Shown here in pieces: positions 48,540 through 59,003 of a DNA stretch of 64,000 nt. This DNA comes from a virus (lineage: Duplodnaviria; Caudoviricetes): positions 8,009-72,008 of IMG/VR virus record IMGVR_UViG_3300012016_000004; one strand, given 5' to 3'. The notes below the pieces were generated by a model. That model was given only the letters and a program-made list of their open reading frames with translations. It had not been told where the DNA came from and did no database searches. Positions within the stretch are counted from its first letter, which is position 1. Every line of letters starts with the position of its first letter. The position numbers and the translations under genes were made by a program.

Positions 48540-49735
48540 CTTTTATCTTCTGCTTTGAAGTTATACACTGGCTTGATGATATTCACGACGTCAACAGTCG
48601 GAGCAATACACTCGATGATTTCCTCCATCGGCTTGTAGGCCATCGGAGACTCGTCGATAGTTCCTTTGCCGACCGTGGTCGAAAAGATTCCGGCCATGGT
48701 CCGCTTGAAATCATCAACGGACAGAGACTCCTTTGCTTTAGCGCGTGACATGAGACGGCCGGCGCCATGCGGAGCAGAGTAGTTCCAGTCCGGATTGCCC
48801 TTGCCCACACAAATCAGCGAGCCGTCTCGCATGTTCATCGGGATGATGAGCTTCTCGTCAGCGTCAGCCCGGACCGCGCCTTTGCGGAGAATCATGGCCT
48901 TCGTGTCAATGTAGTTGTGAATCGTCTCGAAGTACAGCTTCGGATTCCAGTGCATACCGGCAAAGATGAATCCGGCCATCGTCATTCGGTTCACAGATGC
49001 ATACCGCTGAACGATCTCCATGTCGTGGATGTAGTCGGCGAAGTCCTGCCCTTCCAGGTGGGCCAGCTCTTTATTGCATGCAGGTTTCTGGAGCTTCTTC
49101 AACTCAGTCTGGATGTCCTTTTCTCGGCCCTCTGCTTTCAGTTTGCGCACCAGATCATCCTTGACCTTACCAATCTCATTCAGCTTCTTATAAGCGAGGT
49201 CCTGGTAATACTTGCAGACCTGCACTCCGAGGTTTCTTGAGCCGGAATGAATGACAAGGTAATACTTCCCAGTCTTCTCGTCAATATCCAGCTCTATGAA
49301 GTGATTCCCACCACCGAGCGAGCCGAGAGAAAGGGATGCTCTCTCCAAGTCCACATGCTTTGCGCAGCGAAGTAATTCCAGCTGCGGAAACTTAGCAATC
49401 GGGAAGTCATGGACATTGAATCCGGACGGGATACCGGTCTTGATGAGATCGTCCAAGAAGGCCAAATCCGGATGTATTCTTGACCCTAACTCGGCAACAT
49501 ACATCCCGCATCCGATGTCCACTCCAACAAGGTTCGGCGTGACCTTGCCATGCAGTGTCATCGTGGTGCCAATCGTGCATCCCGCGCCGGCGTGGGCATC
49601 AGGCATGATGCGGATGGTGGATTCTTTGTACGGCTCGTAGTTGGCCAGCGCCTTCACCTGGTCATACGCCTCATATTCGAAGGTCTTGGCAAACACCTTT
49701 ACGACCGACCCATTTTCGCGTTTAATCTCTATCAT
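48536..49735 (-). CDS. rtcB: RtcB RNA ligase
   Basis: PDAHAG, GVDIGCG, GGGNHF, IHSGSR, HGAGR and DESPMAYK motifs. Confidence 0.95.
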   Translation of the reverse strand: MIEIKRENGSVVKVFAKTFEYEAYDQVKALANYEPYKESTIRIMPDAHAGAGCTIGTTMTLHGKVTPNLVGVDIGCGMYVAELGSRIHPDLAFLDDLIKTGIPSGFNVHDFPIAKFPQLELLRCAKHVDLERASLSLGSLGGGNHFIELDIDEKTGKYYLVIHSGSRNLGVQVCKYYQDLAYKKLNEIGKVKDDLVRKLKAEGREKDIQTELKKLQKPACNKELAHLEGQDFADYIHDMEIVQRYASVNRMTMAGFIFAGMHWNPKLYFETIHNYIDTKAMILRKGAVRADADEKLIIPMNMRDGSLICVGKGNPDWNYSAPHGAGRLMSRAKAKESLSVDDFKRTMAGIFSTTVGKGTIDESPMAYKPMEEIIECIAPTVDVVNIIKPVYNFKAEDKR

Positions 49736-50412
49736 ACTTCATCAAATAGCGACAGTTCCTTTATTACCTTTCCGGACGGAGTGTGGAACGTCAATAAACA
49801 CTCCTCCTCGAATCTTTTCTGCTGGGCCTCGAAATACTTCGGGTCAATCTCGCATCCGTAGAAGTCATAACCCATTTGGTAGGCCACTATCCTGCTTGAG
49901 CCGGAGCCAAGATGGGTGTCGAGTATCTTACCCCCCCCCTTGAAGTAGTTCTCCAGTATCCATCTGTACAGAGACTTTGGTTTCTCATGTGGATGGATGC
50001 CACTCCGCTTCTCGCACCTGCAGCAGCCATTCCATATCAGCGAGACAATACGTACCGGGATGTTGAATGATGTCCATGCAAGCTCTGCTTCGGATAGGTG
50101 CTGCGTTGGGAAGTCTATCTGCTTGTCCCAAACAATCCAGCTGTTCCTCGCCGGCAAGTGCTCCGTGTAGTAGTTGGCTCCCCAGATAATCTGATTCTTG
50201 CTCACCCGGAACAATTCTTTGAAATACTCCGGGCCTGGTATCGAATCATTCATGTACGTGGAATCTTCACGATAGAACTTGCTATGCTTATCCTTCCTCC
50301 AGTTACGGCCAATGCCGTATGGCGGATCAACGAGCGCGAGGTCGAAATGCTTATCCGGCATCGTTCTCATGTATGCGAGGCAGTCGCAGTTGTATGTTTC
50401 ACTTATCGGCAT
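49732..50412 (-). CDS. Orphan DNA methyltransferase (N6-adenine/N4-cytosine, beta class)
   Basis: DPPY precedes HPHEKP and LDTHLGSGSS; in-frame G9 tract at 49931-49939. Confidence 0.9.
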   Translation of the reverse strand: MPISETYNCDCLAYMRTMPDKHFDLALVDPPYGIGRNWRKDKHSKFYREDSTYMNDSIPGPEYFKELFRVSKNQIIWGANYYTEHLPARNSWIVWDKQIDFPTQHLSEAELAWTSFNIPVRIVSLIWNGCCRCEKRSGIHPHEKPKSLYRWILENYFKGGGKILDTHLGSGSSRIVAYQMGYDFYGCEIDPKYFEAQQKRFEEECLLTFHTPSGKVIKELSLFDEV

Positions 50413-50527
50413 ATATTATCTTTGTAAACAAATGTGCGGTGGAGCTATATGGTCTCGATTCTATCTATTGCGTAAAAGATGCTCCTGCTTGATTCACACC
50501 GAGCTTTTCCGCACATTCGTTAAGCCT

Positions 50528-52379
50528 CTATTCTTTAATCAGCCTCTCAGCGAAGCTTTCAAGAACACCACGGGCGCCACTAAGCATTCCTTTGAGGTTT
50601 GTAAGGTCTTTCTCGTCTTGCTCAGATTCCGCTTCGACATACATGAGCGAGACATATTGTTCATTGATGACTCTGCGGATTTCCAAGAGTCTATTGACCG
50701 TTTCTTCGTTCTTCATAAACTTTTGAGTTAAGAGGAGGCGTAGCAGAGCCAGGCTGATACGCCCCCTCAAACGAACTACACTTCGATGATGGCGATGTCC
50801 GGGGCAATCTCGCGGATGGCTGTCAGCTGTGCGTCGATTTCCGTGGCCTTGATTTCTTCGATGAGAGCAGCAGCATCCGGAGCGCTGAGAACGCATGTCA
50901 CATCCCGGCCGGAGATTTTCGCAAAGGTCTCGACGTCGATTTCTTCGGGCTTGCCACCCTTGAGCACAGGAATCATGAGCTTGAACGATTCCGGGAGGTT
51001 GGAGTTAACTGTCTGACGGAACTCGTCACCACGATCGCCGTTCTGTTTAATGCTGTTCTGCAGAGAACTGTTCACGGTGGCAGTGAAGTTCATCAGAGTG
51101 GACACAAGCTCCATGCACTGGTTACGGTCGGGGAAGTAGGTTCGGTTCATCTTGATGAACAATCCCAGTTCTGCCGGTTGCCAGACAATAGACGAGTTGT
51201 TGATGCCGAACTCATCGAACTTGGGGTTGGTCTCGATGACACCGGCCACCTGGCCCATCCTATAAGCATCGCGCTCGTTAAAGATGAGATGGATGACACC
51301 TTTGTCGCGGTTCACGAGGATGTGGCAGTCCTTCTGTTCGAACTGACCAGAGTTAACTCTCTTAGAGAGATACTCCTGCACGGCGCCAATCGTGCCTTTG
51401 ATTTCGACAGCCACCGGGGCTTTTTCGTCCAACTGCTTGGGGGCATTGCCTTCGAGCTGTACAACGGTCAACTTGTCTTGACCAGGGGCGCAATGGATTT
51501 CTAATTCTTTTGCCATAACGATTCTGATTTAGCTTGCGATTACACGTGATTCTTTCTGCTCCTCTTTTTCGACCATGTGGATGCTTGGACGGAACAGCTG
51601 TCCCTGCATCTCGTCGGCTGTGGCCTGGCGCATCTCAATCAGATCGCCAAGCGAGTTGTAGAAGCCGGTCTCTCCGGCATCCTGGTCCGTGATGCGATAG
51701 CATTCCTCCGTGACCAGTTCGGCTTTCGCTTTGATGTTGCCTACCAGCTGGGCCTTCTGCTCATAGAGAGGCTTGAGCTTTCCCTTGATTTCTGCGAGCA
51801 TGGCTTTCTTCTCGGCCTCCAACTCGGAGATTTCAATCTCGATGCTGGTAAGGTCCTCTTTCTTGCCCTGCAGCTCCGGAACGGTGTACTGCTTCATGTA
51901 GGTCTTCTTCACTACCTCGTCCGCATTGTCAGAGATGAAGATTTTCCTACGATTGACATCTTGAATGTCTTTTCCTAATGATTTTTCCATAAACTTACTT
52001 TCGTTTTTGAATTGGGTTTCTTTCTGAACTATCTGATTCTCCAGGTCATAGGAGGAGAACGGGGGGGGGTAAATGTCTTCATGAACTTTCATCAATAGTT
52101 CTTACGTTTCTGTTCCTCCTCAAGCAGAGCGAAGAAATTCTCCGCATACTTGCCCGTCAGACCTCCTTTGCACTGGAAATATCCACTCCATGGATAGAAA
52201 TACAATTTCTCAGTTCGGTACATGACCACGAAGTAGTCCAGAGTCTCCTCAATAATCCGGACACCCATCTTGTCCAGACGGCTACGGATATAGGACATGC
52301 GTCCTACCATCTTTTCCCGGCGCCTGGCTCTCCATTCGGACTTGGGAGGGTATCTTTTATGCTTGCGAGTGTGTGGCAT
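50528..52379 (-). CDS. Hypothetical proteins (50528-50716, 50776-51516, 51529-51990, 52092-52379)
   Basis: Contiguous ORFs; start of the third moved to 51990 on the basis of the start-associated motif. Confidence 0.55.
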
Positions 52380-53091
52380 AGTCGCTTACTTTCTTAAATG
52401 TCTTTCCGTTGCTGTATGCCCGTTCAAACACGTCCAGCAGAGATTCGCCTTCCTTTGCAAATCCTTTCTGTTGCAGGTAGGTTATCCTCATCCTGCCGTA
52501 GTCATAGCAGGAAAACGGCATACCGATAACCTCTCCAATGGATACGGGGTCATTCTTTCTGGGCTTGATGACGCCTTTCTTGATGGCTTCAAGTCTTTTC
52601 ACCATGGCATCCTTATACTCGCAGAACTCTGACCAAGCATCGGCTGTCATCCGCTTGAAATCCTCCTCCTTCATCTCATGGGCCGGAAGTTGCTTCGGTT
52701 TCTCTCTGTGGTCTTCCACATACTGACCAATAGCCTCACGGCGCTCCTGGTGCTTGATGTAGCCTTCAACCCAGCGGATCAGACTCTTGTAAGTCAGAAC
52801 GATGTCCTTATCTGTTCCGAGACGGCCCTTCATTCCATTGGAGAAGATGTAGGGAATCTCCTTGTCACGGATTGACTTGTAAACCGGGTCTGTCACGAGT
52901 TCCTGGTACAGAGCAACAGCACATGTACGGACTTCCTCTTTGAAGGCATCCGGCTGCATCTGGCGATGGAGACCGTTCATCACATAGACGGTCATTATGT
53001 CATTGTTCAGCTTTGTCAGAGCTTCGACCTCCGGGATGTCCCGGAGAGGCCGGCCTTCTTCAATCAGCACTTTGATAAACTTCTTGTCCAT
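52357..53091 (-). CDS. Replication-region hypothetical protein
   Basis: 244 aa directly downstream of the initiator gene. Confidence 0.5.
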   Translation of the reverse strand: MDKKFIKVLIEEGRPLRDIPEVEALTKLNNDIMTVYVMNGLHRQMQPDAFKEEVRTCAVALYQELVTDPVYKSIRDKEIPYIFSNGMKGRLGTDKDIVLTYKSLIRWVEGYIKHQERREAIGQYVEDHREKPKQLPAHEMKEEDFKRMTADAWSEFCEYKDAMVKRLEAIKKGVIKPRKNDPVSIGEVIGMPFSCYDYGRMRITYLQQKGFAKEGESLLDVFERAYSNGKTFKKVSDYATHSQA

Positions 53092-53093
53092 AG

Positions 53094-54005
53094 CTATTCT
53101 CCCAAAAGTTTGGTGATGTCAAGCGAACCTTCCATTCCGGTTGCCGGGATGGCCGTTGCCTGAACTACTTCGGAAATCTTGCTTCCTCTGCGGGCTTGGC
53201 GCCCGGAACCGAATCCTTGCTCCGCCTTTTTCTTCCACGTTGCCAACCGGCCTCCGATATTGAATACACCGCCCCTGGTTTTTGCAATCTCAAACCGCAT
53301 CTTCTTGCCTCCCTCGTTATGTTCCGTCCAATAGTCGAAGAACTCACGTATCATGCTTTGGCCGTACTTCTCGACGTATGGGATGAGTGCCACGCCGAAA
53401 TCATGCTTCCTCTCCTCAAGAGTCTTTTTCTTGGCCGGAGTTTTCTCAGAATCGTCGGCATTTTCACTGGGGGGGACTATCTCGTTAGAGATAGGGGGGG
53501 TATTTACTTTTATTTCCTTTACTTTACTTTGTTGCATTTCTTCCGTAATAATTCCGGAGAAACCGGGTATTTCTTCGGAAGAAATTCCATTTTGTTCAGC
53601 AAAAATTGTCGGTTCGAGGAGATTAAACTGACCAATCGTAGCTTTCCGTTTGCTTGTCTCGCAAACCTTCTTATATCGAACTTGGATTGCTATCGAGGTC
53701 AAGACCCCTCCTTCTGAATAGGAAGCTTCGTCAAACAGACCAATGGAGATGCACGTCTTGATGACTTCGAGTACATAGCCCTCATCATAACCCGAACCTA
53801 AATCGTCCGATATTATGAACGGCAACTCATCATCCCACAGAATGTAGTACCCATGTCCACCATAGATACGACACAGCAGGTCGATGTACACAAGCGCAGC
53901 CTTTCCTCCCTGGTACTTAATCAGCTTCCTTATCTTGATGTCGCTGAAAAAGGAACGTTCGAAAGGGAAATAATCGAGACCAGTATGAATCGGTCTTCCA
54001 CTCAT
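53094..54005 (-). CDS. Replication initiator-like protein (DUF4373-type N-terminus)
   Basis: GLDYFP...D.KIRKLI...G..Y..LL..IY...GY; C-terminal FFDYWTE...WK. Confidence 0.75.
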   Translation of the reverse strand: MSGRPIHTGLDYFPFERSFFSDIKIRKLIKYQGGKAALVYIDLLCRIYGGHGYYILWDDELPFIISDDLGSGYDEGYVLEVIKTCISIGLFDEASYSEGGVLTSIAIQVRYKKVCETSKRKATIGQFNLLEPTIFAEQNGISSEEIPGFSGIITEEMQQSKVKEIKVNTPPISNEIVPPSENADDSEKTPAKKKTLEERKHDFGVALIPYVEKYGQSMIREFFDYWTEHNEGGKKMRFEIAKTRGGVFNIGGRLATWKKKAEQGFGSGRQARRGSKISEVVQATAIPATGMEGSLDITKLLGE

Positions 54006-54008
54006 ATC

Positions 54009-54335
54009 CTACCTTGCAGAAATCTTGTCTGTCGCGTGGATGCTCGCCCATGTTGCCAGCTCGTCGTCCAGCTCCAGGCCGTGCTTCTTTGCGAATGCTT
54101 CTGGGATGTAGTACGCCTTGACCCTCTTGTCAGTCGGAGTCGTAATCCGGACTGAATCGAAAGGGACATTATCCTTCTTGAGGTCTGTCATTCGGCTTGC
54201 CAGACGGAAGCACTTGAACAGCTCCAAGGCTTCGAGCGATGTGATGGTCTCGCCATCCTCAAGATACTTGCGTATCTTTGCTTTCTGTGACTCCGAACTG
54301 ACTTCGTTCGGATTGTCATTCTCATTGGTCATCAT
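54009..54335 (-). CDS. Winged-HTH protein
   Basis: SQKAKIRKYLEDGETITSLEAL..F.CFRLASRMTDLK. Confidence 0.75.
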   Translation of the reverse strand: MMTNENDNPNEVSSESQKAKIRKYLEDGETITSLEALELFKCFRLASRMTDLKKDNVPFDSVRITTPTDKRVKAYYIPEAFAKKHGLELDDELATWASIHATDKISAR

Positions 54336-54419
54336 AACACTTACTTTCGTTAATTTTTTTTGATATGTAAATCTAAGCATAATTATCTGAAAATCAAAGT
54401 ATTATGCCGATAAATTGCA

Positions 54420-54836
54420 TCAGTATCCGCGCCGTGTGAGTGATAATTGCTCCTTGGCAAAACTGACCTGGGTGCGGATATTGTCGCTCTGGTGGACACA
54501 TGCCTTGTTGATGCGCTCGATCCACGCGACATAGTAGTTCTCGCTCTCGCACTGCGATGAGATGAACTTCGTGCTCACTGTGGCCGGCATCTTCAAAATC
54601 ATATTGGAGTAGGCTGCGAACACTCCTGCAGTGGCATTGTCAAGGTCTGCCTTTGCCTCTGCCAGCAGGAAGCCGGTCCTGGCCATGTAGGCGTTCAGAT
54701 AGGTAATCCTTTCCACGAGGGCATTCGGGTCATCGCCTGGTGCCTCGATTTCGAGGAACTCCTGGATTTGCTTCAACTCCTCTACAATCTGTGGAGTGAT
54801 GTGTCTGGTAGGCTTATTGTCTTCCATAGCATTCAA
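54420..54836 (-). CDS. Hypothetical protein
   Basis: 138 aa ORF. Confidence 0.55.
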   Translation of the reverse strand: MNAMEDNKPTRHITPQIVEELKQIQEFLEIEAPGDDPNALVERITYLNAYMARTGFLLAEAKADLDNATAGVFAAYSNMILKMPATVSTKFISSQCESENYYVAWIERINKACVHQSDNIRTQVSFAKEQLSLTRRGY

Positions 54837-55582
54837 ATCAAATTTCTGTTGAACGGAATGTCAAGTCCCTTGTCTGCCACGAATACCAGTTTCCCGGTTG
54901 CCTCCTCTACGGCCTTCTTGAAGTCGGCCGGGCTGGAGTTGTTGTGGGAGAGGTGCAGGAGCACCACCGTATTCACTCTTGACAAGTCGTTTGCAAGCAG
55001 GGTGGAAATATGGGTTTCCAGAGACATGTGCGAGCGGAAAACCCTATCACGGTAGAACGGAGGAATGACCTTGTTCTGGACGTTCCGCTCTATGATTCCG
55101 CTCTCATAGTTGCACTCAAGCATGATGTGCGTGAGGTTCGGGAACTGGTACTTCAAGTAGTACGTGTCAGTGGCGAAAAGAATCTGACCCATCTCCTCAT
55201 GATAGACCAGGAAGCCGAATGGCTCCGCGCAATCATGCTCAGTATCGAAAGGCAGAACCTTGAATCTTCCGACCTCGAACAACTGCTGGTTGGCAACCGG
55301 CGTCATCTTGAGGAGCTTCTTCTTGAAAAGCTGCTCCTCGGCCTTACACGTTCCCTCGCTGGCATACACCTTTATTCCGGCTTCGAGATACTGCTCCACA
55401 TACTTGGCATGGTCTTGATGCTCATGGGTTACCAGGGCACCGACAATCCACTCACGGTGGAAGTCAATGGCCCGGAGGCACTGGCTGTACGGAACACCGC
55501 ACTCGATAACCAGCGCCTCGTGGTCATTGTACAAAACGTAGCCGTTTCCGGATGAGCCGGATGCCAGTACATGAAGTCTCAT
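54833..55582 (-). CDS. Metallo-beta-lactamase-fold exonuclease
   Basis: LASGSSGNG, THEHQDH, TDT, LECNY and HLS motifs; start moved to 55582. Confidence 0.88.
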   Translation of the reverse strand: MRLHVLASGSSGNGYVLYNDHEALVIECGVPYSQCLRAIDFHREWIVGALVTHEHQDHAKYVEQYLEAGIKVYASEGTCKAEEQLFKKKLLKMTPVANQQLFEVGRFKVLPFDTEHDCAEPFGFLVYHEEMGQILFATDTYYLKYQFPNLTHIMLECNYESGIIERNVQNKVIPPFYRDRVFRSHMSLETHISTLLANDLSRVNTVVLLHLSHNNSSPADFKKAVEEATGKLVFVADKGLDIPFNRNLI

Positions 55583-55586
55583 CTCG

Positions 55587-56441
55587 CTATCCCTGCATAA
55601 AGAGTGGCATTTCCTTACTCTCGCCGAGCGGCTTCTCATTCTGTTCGGCTGACGGCTGTTCGGCTGCGGCTGCTGCAGGAGCTGCGGTCTCCTCCTTAGG
55701 AGCCTCAGAGCCGTCCCCCTCGATGCCATTGATCTGAATCTTCTGGCGGTTGGCTTTGGCAGCAATCTCCTGCTTGTACTCCGGAGGTGTCTGATCATCG
55801 ACATCCTCAATCTCCTCGGTGGTCATCAGGCCCATGGAAATCTCCGGGCAGTACACTCTCTGCCAGAAGGCGGCGGCACGGTAACGGAGCATCTGATTTG
55901 GCATGGTCTGCCACTTGCTACCGTTCTTGGAGTACCATCCTTCCTTCTTGGCCATGTCAATGGAGACCCAATCGCCGAACAGCGGTTCCTTGTGCTCCTT
56001 GTCCCAGGACTCATAGGCGAACACACGGCAGGAATAGTTGTCTTTACCTTCTTCCCCACGGAACTCGTAGCGCAGAGGCGTGAAACGACCGCTGGCGTTG
56101 ATGGTAGCGATGAGGAACTTGGAGGAGAATGACGGATTACCGTGAACGATGTAGAGGTTCTGAATCACCATCAGAGGATTGGCGTTCATACGCATCGCCA
56201 TGTCAATGGCAATAACGCAGTTGCCGATGTTTCCACGATAGGTGTCCGGAACGATGGTCGATGTGGCGTACATCTGTGCCATCCTTTGCTGAACCTCGAA
56301 CTTCTTCACCTGCTGACCGATGGGAGTGAGCGCGAACTCCGCTGCACTCTGTGCCTGGATAATCTGAACTTCCGGTGGCACGACAGCAGCCGGGATTTTG
56401 GTCTGTGTCCCGGCCGGCTGACCTTGTTGGTTTTTGTCCAT
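55587..56441 (-). CDS. RecT/Red-beta-like single-strand annealing protein
   Basis: NCVIAIDMA.RM..NPL.V.QNLY.V.G.P...W..MP.QML.YRA. Confidence 0.75.
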   Translation of the reverse strand: MDKNQQGQPAGTQTKIPAAVVPPEVQIIQAQSAAEFALTPIGQQVKKFEVQQRMAQMYATSTIVPDTYRGNIGNCVIAIDMAMRMNANPLMVIQNLYIVHGNPSFSSKFLIATINASGRFTPLRYEFRGEEGKDNYSCRVFAYESWDKEHKEPLFGDWVSIDMAKKEGWYSKNGSKWQTMPNQMLRYRAAAFWQRVYCPEISMGLMTTEEIEDVDDQTPPEYKQEIAAKANRQKIQINGIEGDGSEAPKEETAAPAAAAAEQPSAEQNEKPLGESKEMPLFMQG

Positions 56442-56544
56442 AAACTTACTTTCGTTAAATTAAACTTACTTTCGTTAGCACACCTCGTTATTTGGTAGCT
56501 TTTGTATATGTAAATCTACATATAATTTATTGATTTTCAAAACA

Positions 56545-58503
56545 TTATTGCACTAAAAGTGCAGAATTTTCGAGCACCGACAGCGTGATTATCTGGGCAT
56601 CCGTTTCGATGAGCGAAGTCACGGACTCCTTGCCGTCTATCCAGAGCGGGACCGAGATTCCGAGCCACTTCGACAGTGCGTTGATGATGTCTATACCGGC
56701 ATTGATACCTCCGGCCGTGTTAACGTTGGTGGAGACAGGAACGCCGTCCACCAGGCACTCGCAGATTTCCGTCTCTCCGTCATTGCTGACATTCTTGGAG
56801 TACATCTTCCACGTGACCAGCTTGAACATAGAGGAGACCTGGCTCTCTACCAGTTCGATGTAGGCTTTGCCATACTGCTGGATTTCGAACATCACGGCAT
56901 CAAGGTCAGCGATGGATGTGGCCAGCTTGGCATTCTCCTCCTCCAATTCTTTCCTGCGGGCCTCGACCTTGGCGATGTTCTGCTCCTTGGCGAGCTCCAT
57001 AGTGAGAGACTGAATCTCGCGCTTCAACTGCTCCTTCTGATTCTTTCTGGAGAGCTCGTCGGAGCTTTCAACCGGAGTCTCATTGCTGATCTTCTTCTTG
57101 AGTTCGTCCCGCTTGGCGAGGACATTCTGATACTCCTTGCTGATCACCTTGAGCTGTTCCAGTGAAGGAACACCGGCACGTTTCTGCTCTGCTTCGATAG
57201 CAACGTTCCTGGCAGCAGCCAGCTTGGCATTCTCCTCCTCCAGCTCCTTCTTCTTCGAGGCCAGGGTGGCATTATGCTCCTTAATCTGAGCGACCACCTT
57301 CTCTCCCTCTGCAGAGATTTGGGCCAAAACTCCAGCCTTGCCGGAGTTGAAGGCTCTGATTGCTTCATTGCGGAGGTTCGTCACGTCTGCCTCGTCATAG
57401 GGTCGGTGGCAGTGGGGGCAGACCGTCTCGATATTGTCCGGGTAGGTCTCCTTGTTCTTGGATGTCCACTGCTCGCCAAGTGTATTCTTGCGGGCCTCCA
57501 AAGTCTGAATCCTTGACTCCAGGTCTGCGATGTCATTCTTAAGACCATTCACCTTGACTTCGATGTTCCGGAAATCAGTGTTGGCCTTCACGACCTCCTC
57601 GCCGACCTCATTCAGTTTCTTGGTGCGCTGGCTTGCGAGACTGGTCTCAATCTCCATCAGCTCGGCAGATACCTTGCCAAGTTCCTCGTTCAAGGCATTC
57701 ACGCCGGAGAACAGAGAAGCGCGGCCATCGGCAGCTTTCTGCAGGAAGGCGTCAATAGCTTCGACCTCAGCCTGCTTTTGTGCCAACTGACCACGCAAGG
57801 CTTCGAAATCAATGCCGGTGGGCATGTTCCGCTCATTCTCGGTTATCTTGATGGGAATCTCGGCCTGCTTCTCTTTCAGACCGTCCATCTCGTACTTGAC
57901 CTGCCTCTTTATGGCATCGACATTCTTGACCTTTGCATAGTAGGCTGACAGCCTGGGATAGTCAGTCGCATTGATGAGTTCCGGCATCTGGCCGGCCATC
58001 TGAATGAGCTTGCCCCGCTTTGATTTCATGTCCAGCTGGCCGAAGGCCCGGATGGACGAAACAAGCTTGAAGTCCTCCGGATTGCAGAACAGATTGGCAA
58101 TCTCCTTTGAGAACTCTCCGGCCTTGTAAGGAACTTTGTCGATGAAATACTCACTTTCGGAGCCGGTCAGCACCTCCTCCTTCGTGTTTCTGCGCTTCGT
58201 CCATGTCTGATGCAAGCAGCGCTTGATTTCGTGCTGGATTCCATCGAAGTCAAACACACCGGTAACGGTGGTCGTAAGGCGGTCAATCGTCTTGCCAGAT
58301 TCGTCCAGCGGCTGAACACTGAACGAGGCTCTGTTGGCAGAATCGATACCGAGCAGCAGCCAGAGGTAGGCATCGTGGATGGATGTCTTACCAGTGCCGT
58401 TGGCGCCGACGATCTTGGTCAAATCGTCGTTGAATGCAACCGAGAAGGACCGAAGCCCCTTGAAGTTCTCGATTGACAGATTCTTGATTTTTACTTGTCT
58501 CAT
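56545..58503 (-). CDS. Rad50/SbcC-like AAA ATPase with a long coiled coil
   Basis: ENFKG...GANGTGKT Walker A, central CPHC, C-terminal PLWIDGKES; start moved to 58503. Confidence 0.85.
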   Translation of the reverse strand: MRQVKIKNLSIENFKGLRSFSVAFNDDLTKIVGANGTGKTSIHDAYLWLLLGIDSANRASFSVQPLDESGKTIDRLTTTVTGVFDFDGIQHEIKRCLHQTWTKRRNTKEEVLTGSESEYFIDKVPYKAGEFSKEIANLFCNPEDFKLVSSIRAFGQLDMKSKRGKLIQMAGQMPELINATDYPRLSAYYAKVKNVDAIKRQVKYEMDGLKEKQAEIPIKITENERNMPTGIDFEALRGQLAQKQAEVEAIDAFLQKAADGRASLFSGVNALNEELGKVSAELMEIETSLASQRTKKLNEVGEEVVKANTDFRNIEVKVNGLKNDIADLESRIQTLEARKNTLGEQWTSKNKETYPDNIETVCPHCHRPYDEADVTNLRNEAIRAFNSGKAGVLAQISAEGEKVVAQIKEHNATLASKKKELEEENAKLAAARNVAIEAEQKRAGVPSLEQLKVISKEYQNVLAKRDELKKKISNETPVESSDELSRKNQKEQLKREIQSLTMELAKEQNIAKVEARRKELEEENAKLATSIADLDAVMFEIQQYGKAYIELVESQVSSMFKLVTWKMYSKNVSNDGETEICECLVDGVPVSTNVNTAGGINAGIDIINALSKWLGISVPLWIDGKESVTSLIETDAQIITLSVLENSALLVQ

Positions 58504-58528
58504 AAACTTACTTCTATATGATGAAAAC

Positions 58529-59002
58529 TTACTTTCCAAATCTTCTGTTCCAGCTGGCATTCAGCTTGGCCAGCTTGTCTTTGGCGAGAATACGTCCACC
58601 GGCGAGGACAGTACGGCTCTTTACGGACTCAACATAAGCAGCGTATTCCATACCGGCCACGATGATGAGGACGATTCCCTTCGGATATTCAGATGCAATC
58701 TCCTGGGCATAACTGACACCGGCCTTTGAACCGTCAACGGTGGTGCTGTCCATCTTAGGGCCATCGACTCTCTCAAAACCTCCGCGATGATACTCTTTGC
58801 CATCATACATGATGATGTAACCTATTGAGCTACGAAGGTTTCCCGTCTGGTCTTCCCAGTACGAGACATCGCTTGTGCGGATGGCCTTCACCACCGACAT
58901 GGCCAGGGCATCAAGTTCTGCCAGGTATGCTTCGCGCATCCTCCTGGCCCTATCCCGGATATATCGTTTTGCGCCTTCTACGCCTTCCAACTTTGCTCCC
59001 AT
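58529..59002 (-). CDS. HK97 gp10-like neck/tail-completion protein, displaced into the early region
   Basis: WEDQTGNLRSSIGY...VAGMEYAAYVE motifs. Confidence 0.7.
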   Translation of the reverse strand: MGAKLEGVEGAKRYIRDRARRMREAYLAELDALAMSVVKAIRTSDVSYWEDQTGNLRSSIGYIIMYDGKEYHRGGFERVDGPKMDSTTVDGSKAGVSYAQEIASEYPKGIVLIIVAGMEYAAYVESVKSRTVLAGGRILAKDKLAKLNASWNRRFGK

Positions 59003-59003
59003 G

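Noticed and set aside
52061-52069. Third G9 tract as a phase-variation switch
   Set aside because: It lies upstream of the likely true start (51990) of the gene; no clear coding or promoter consequence is visible.
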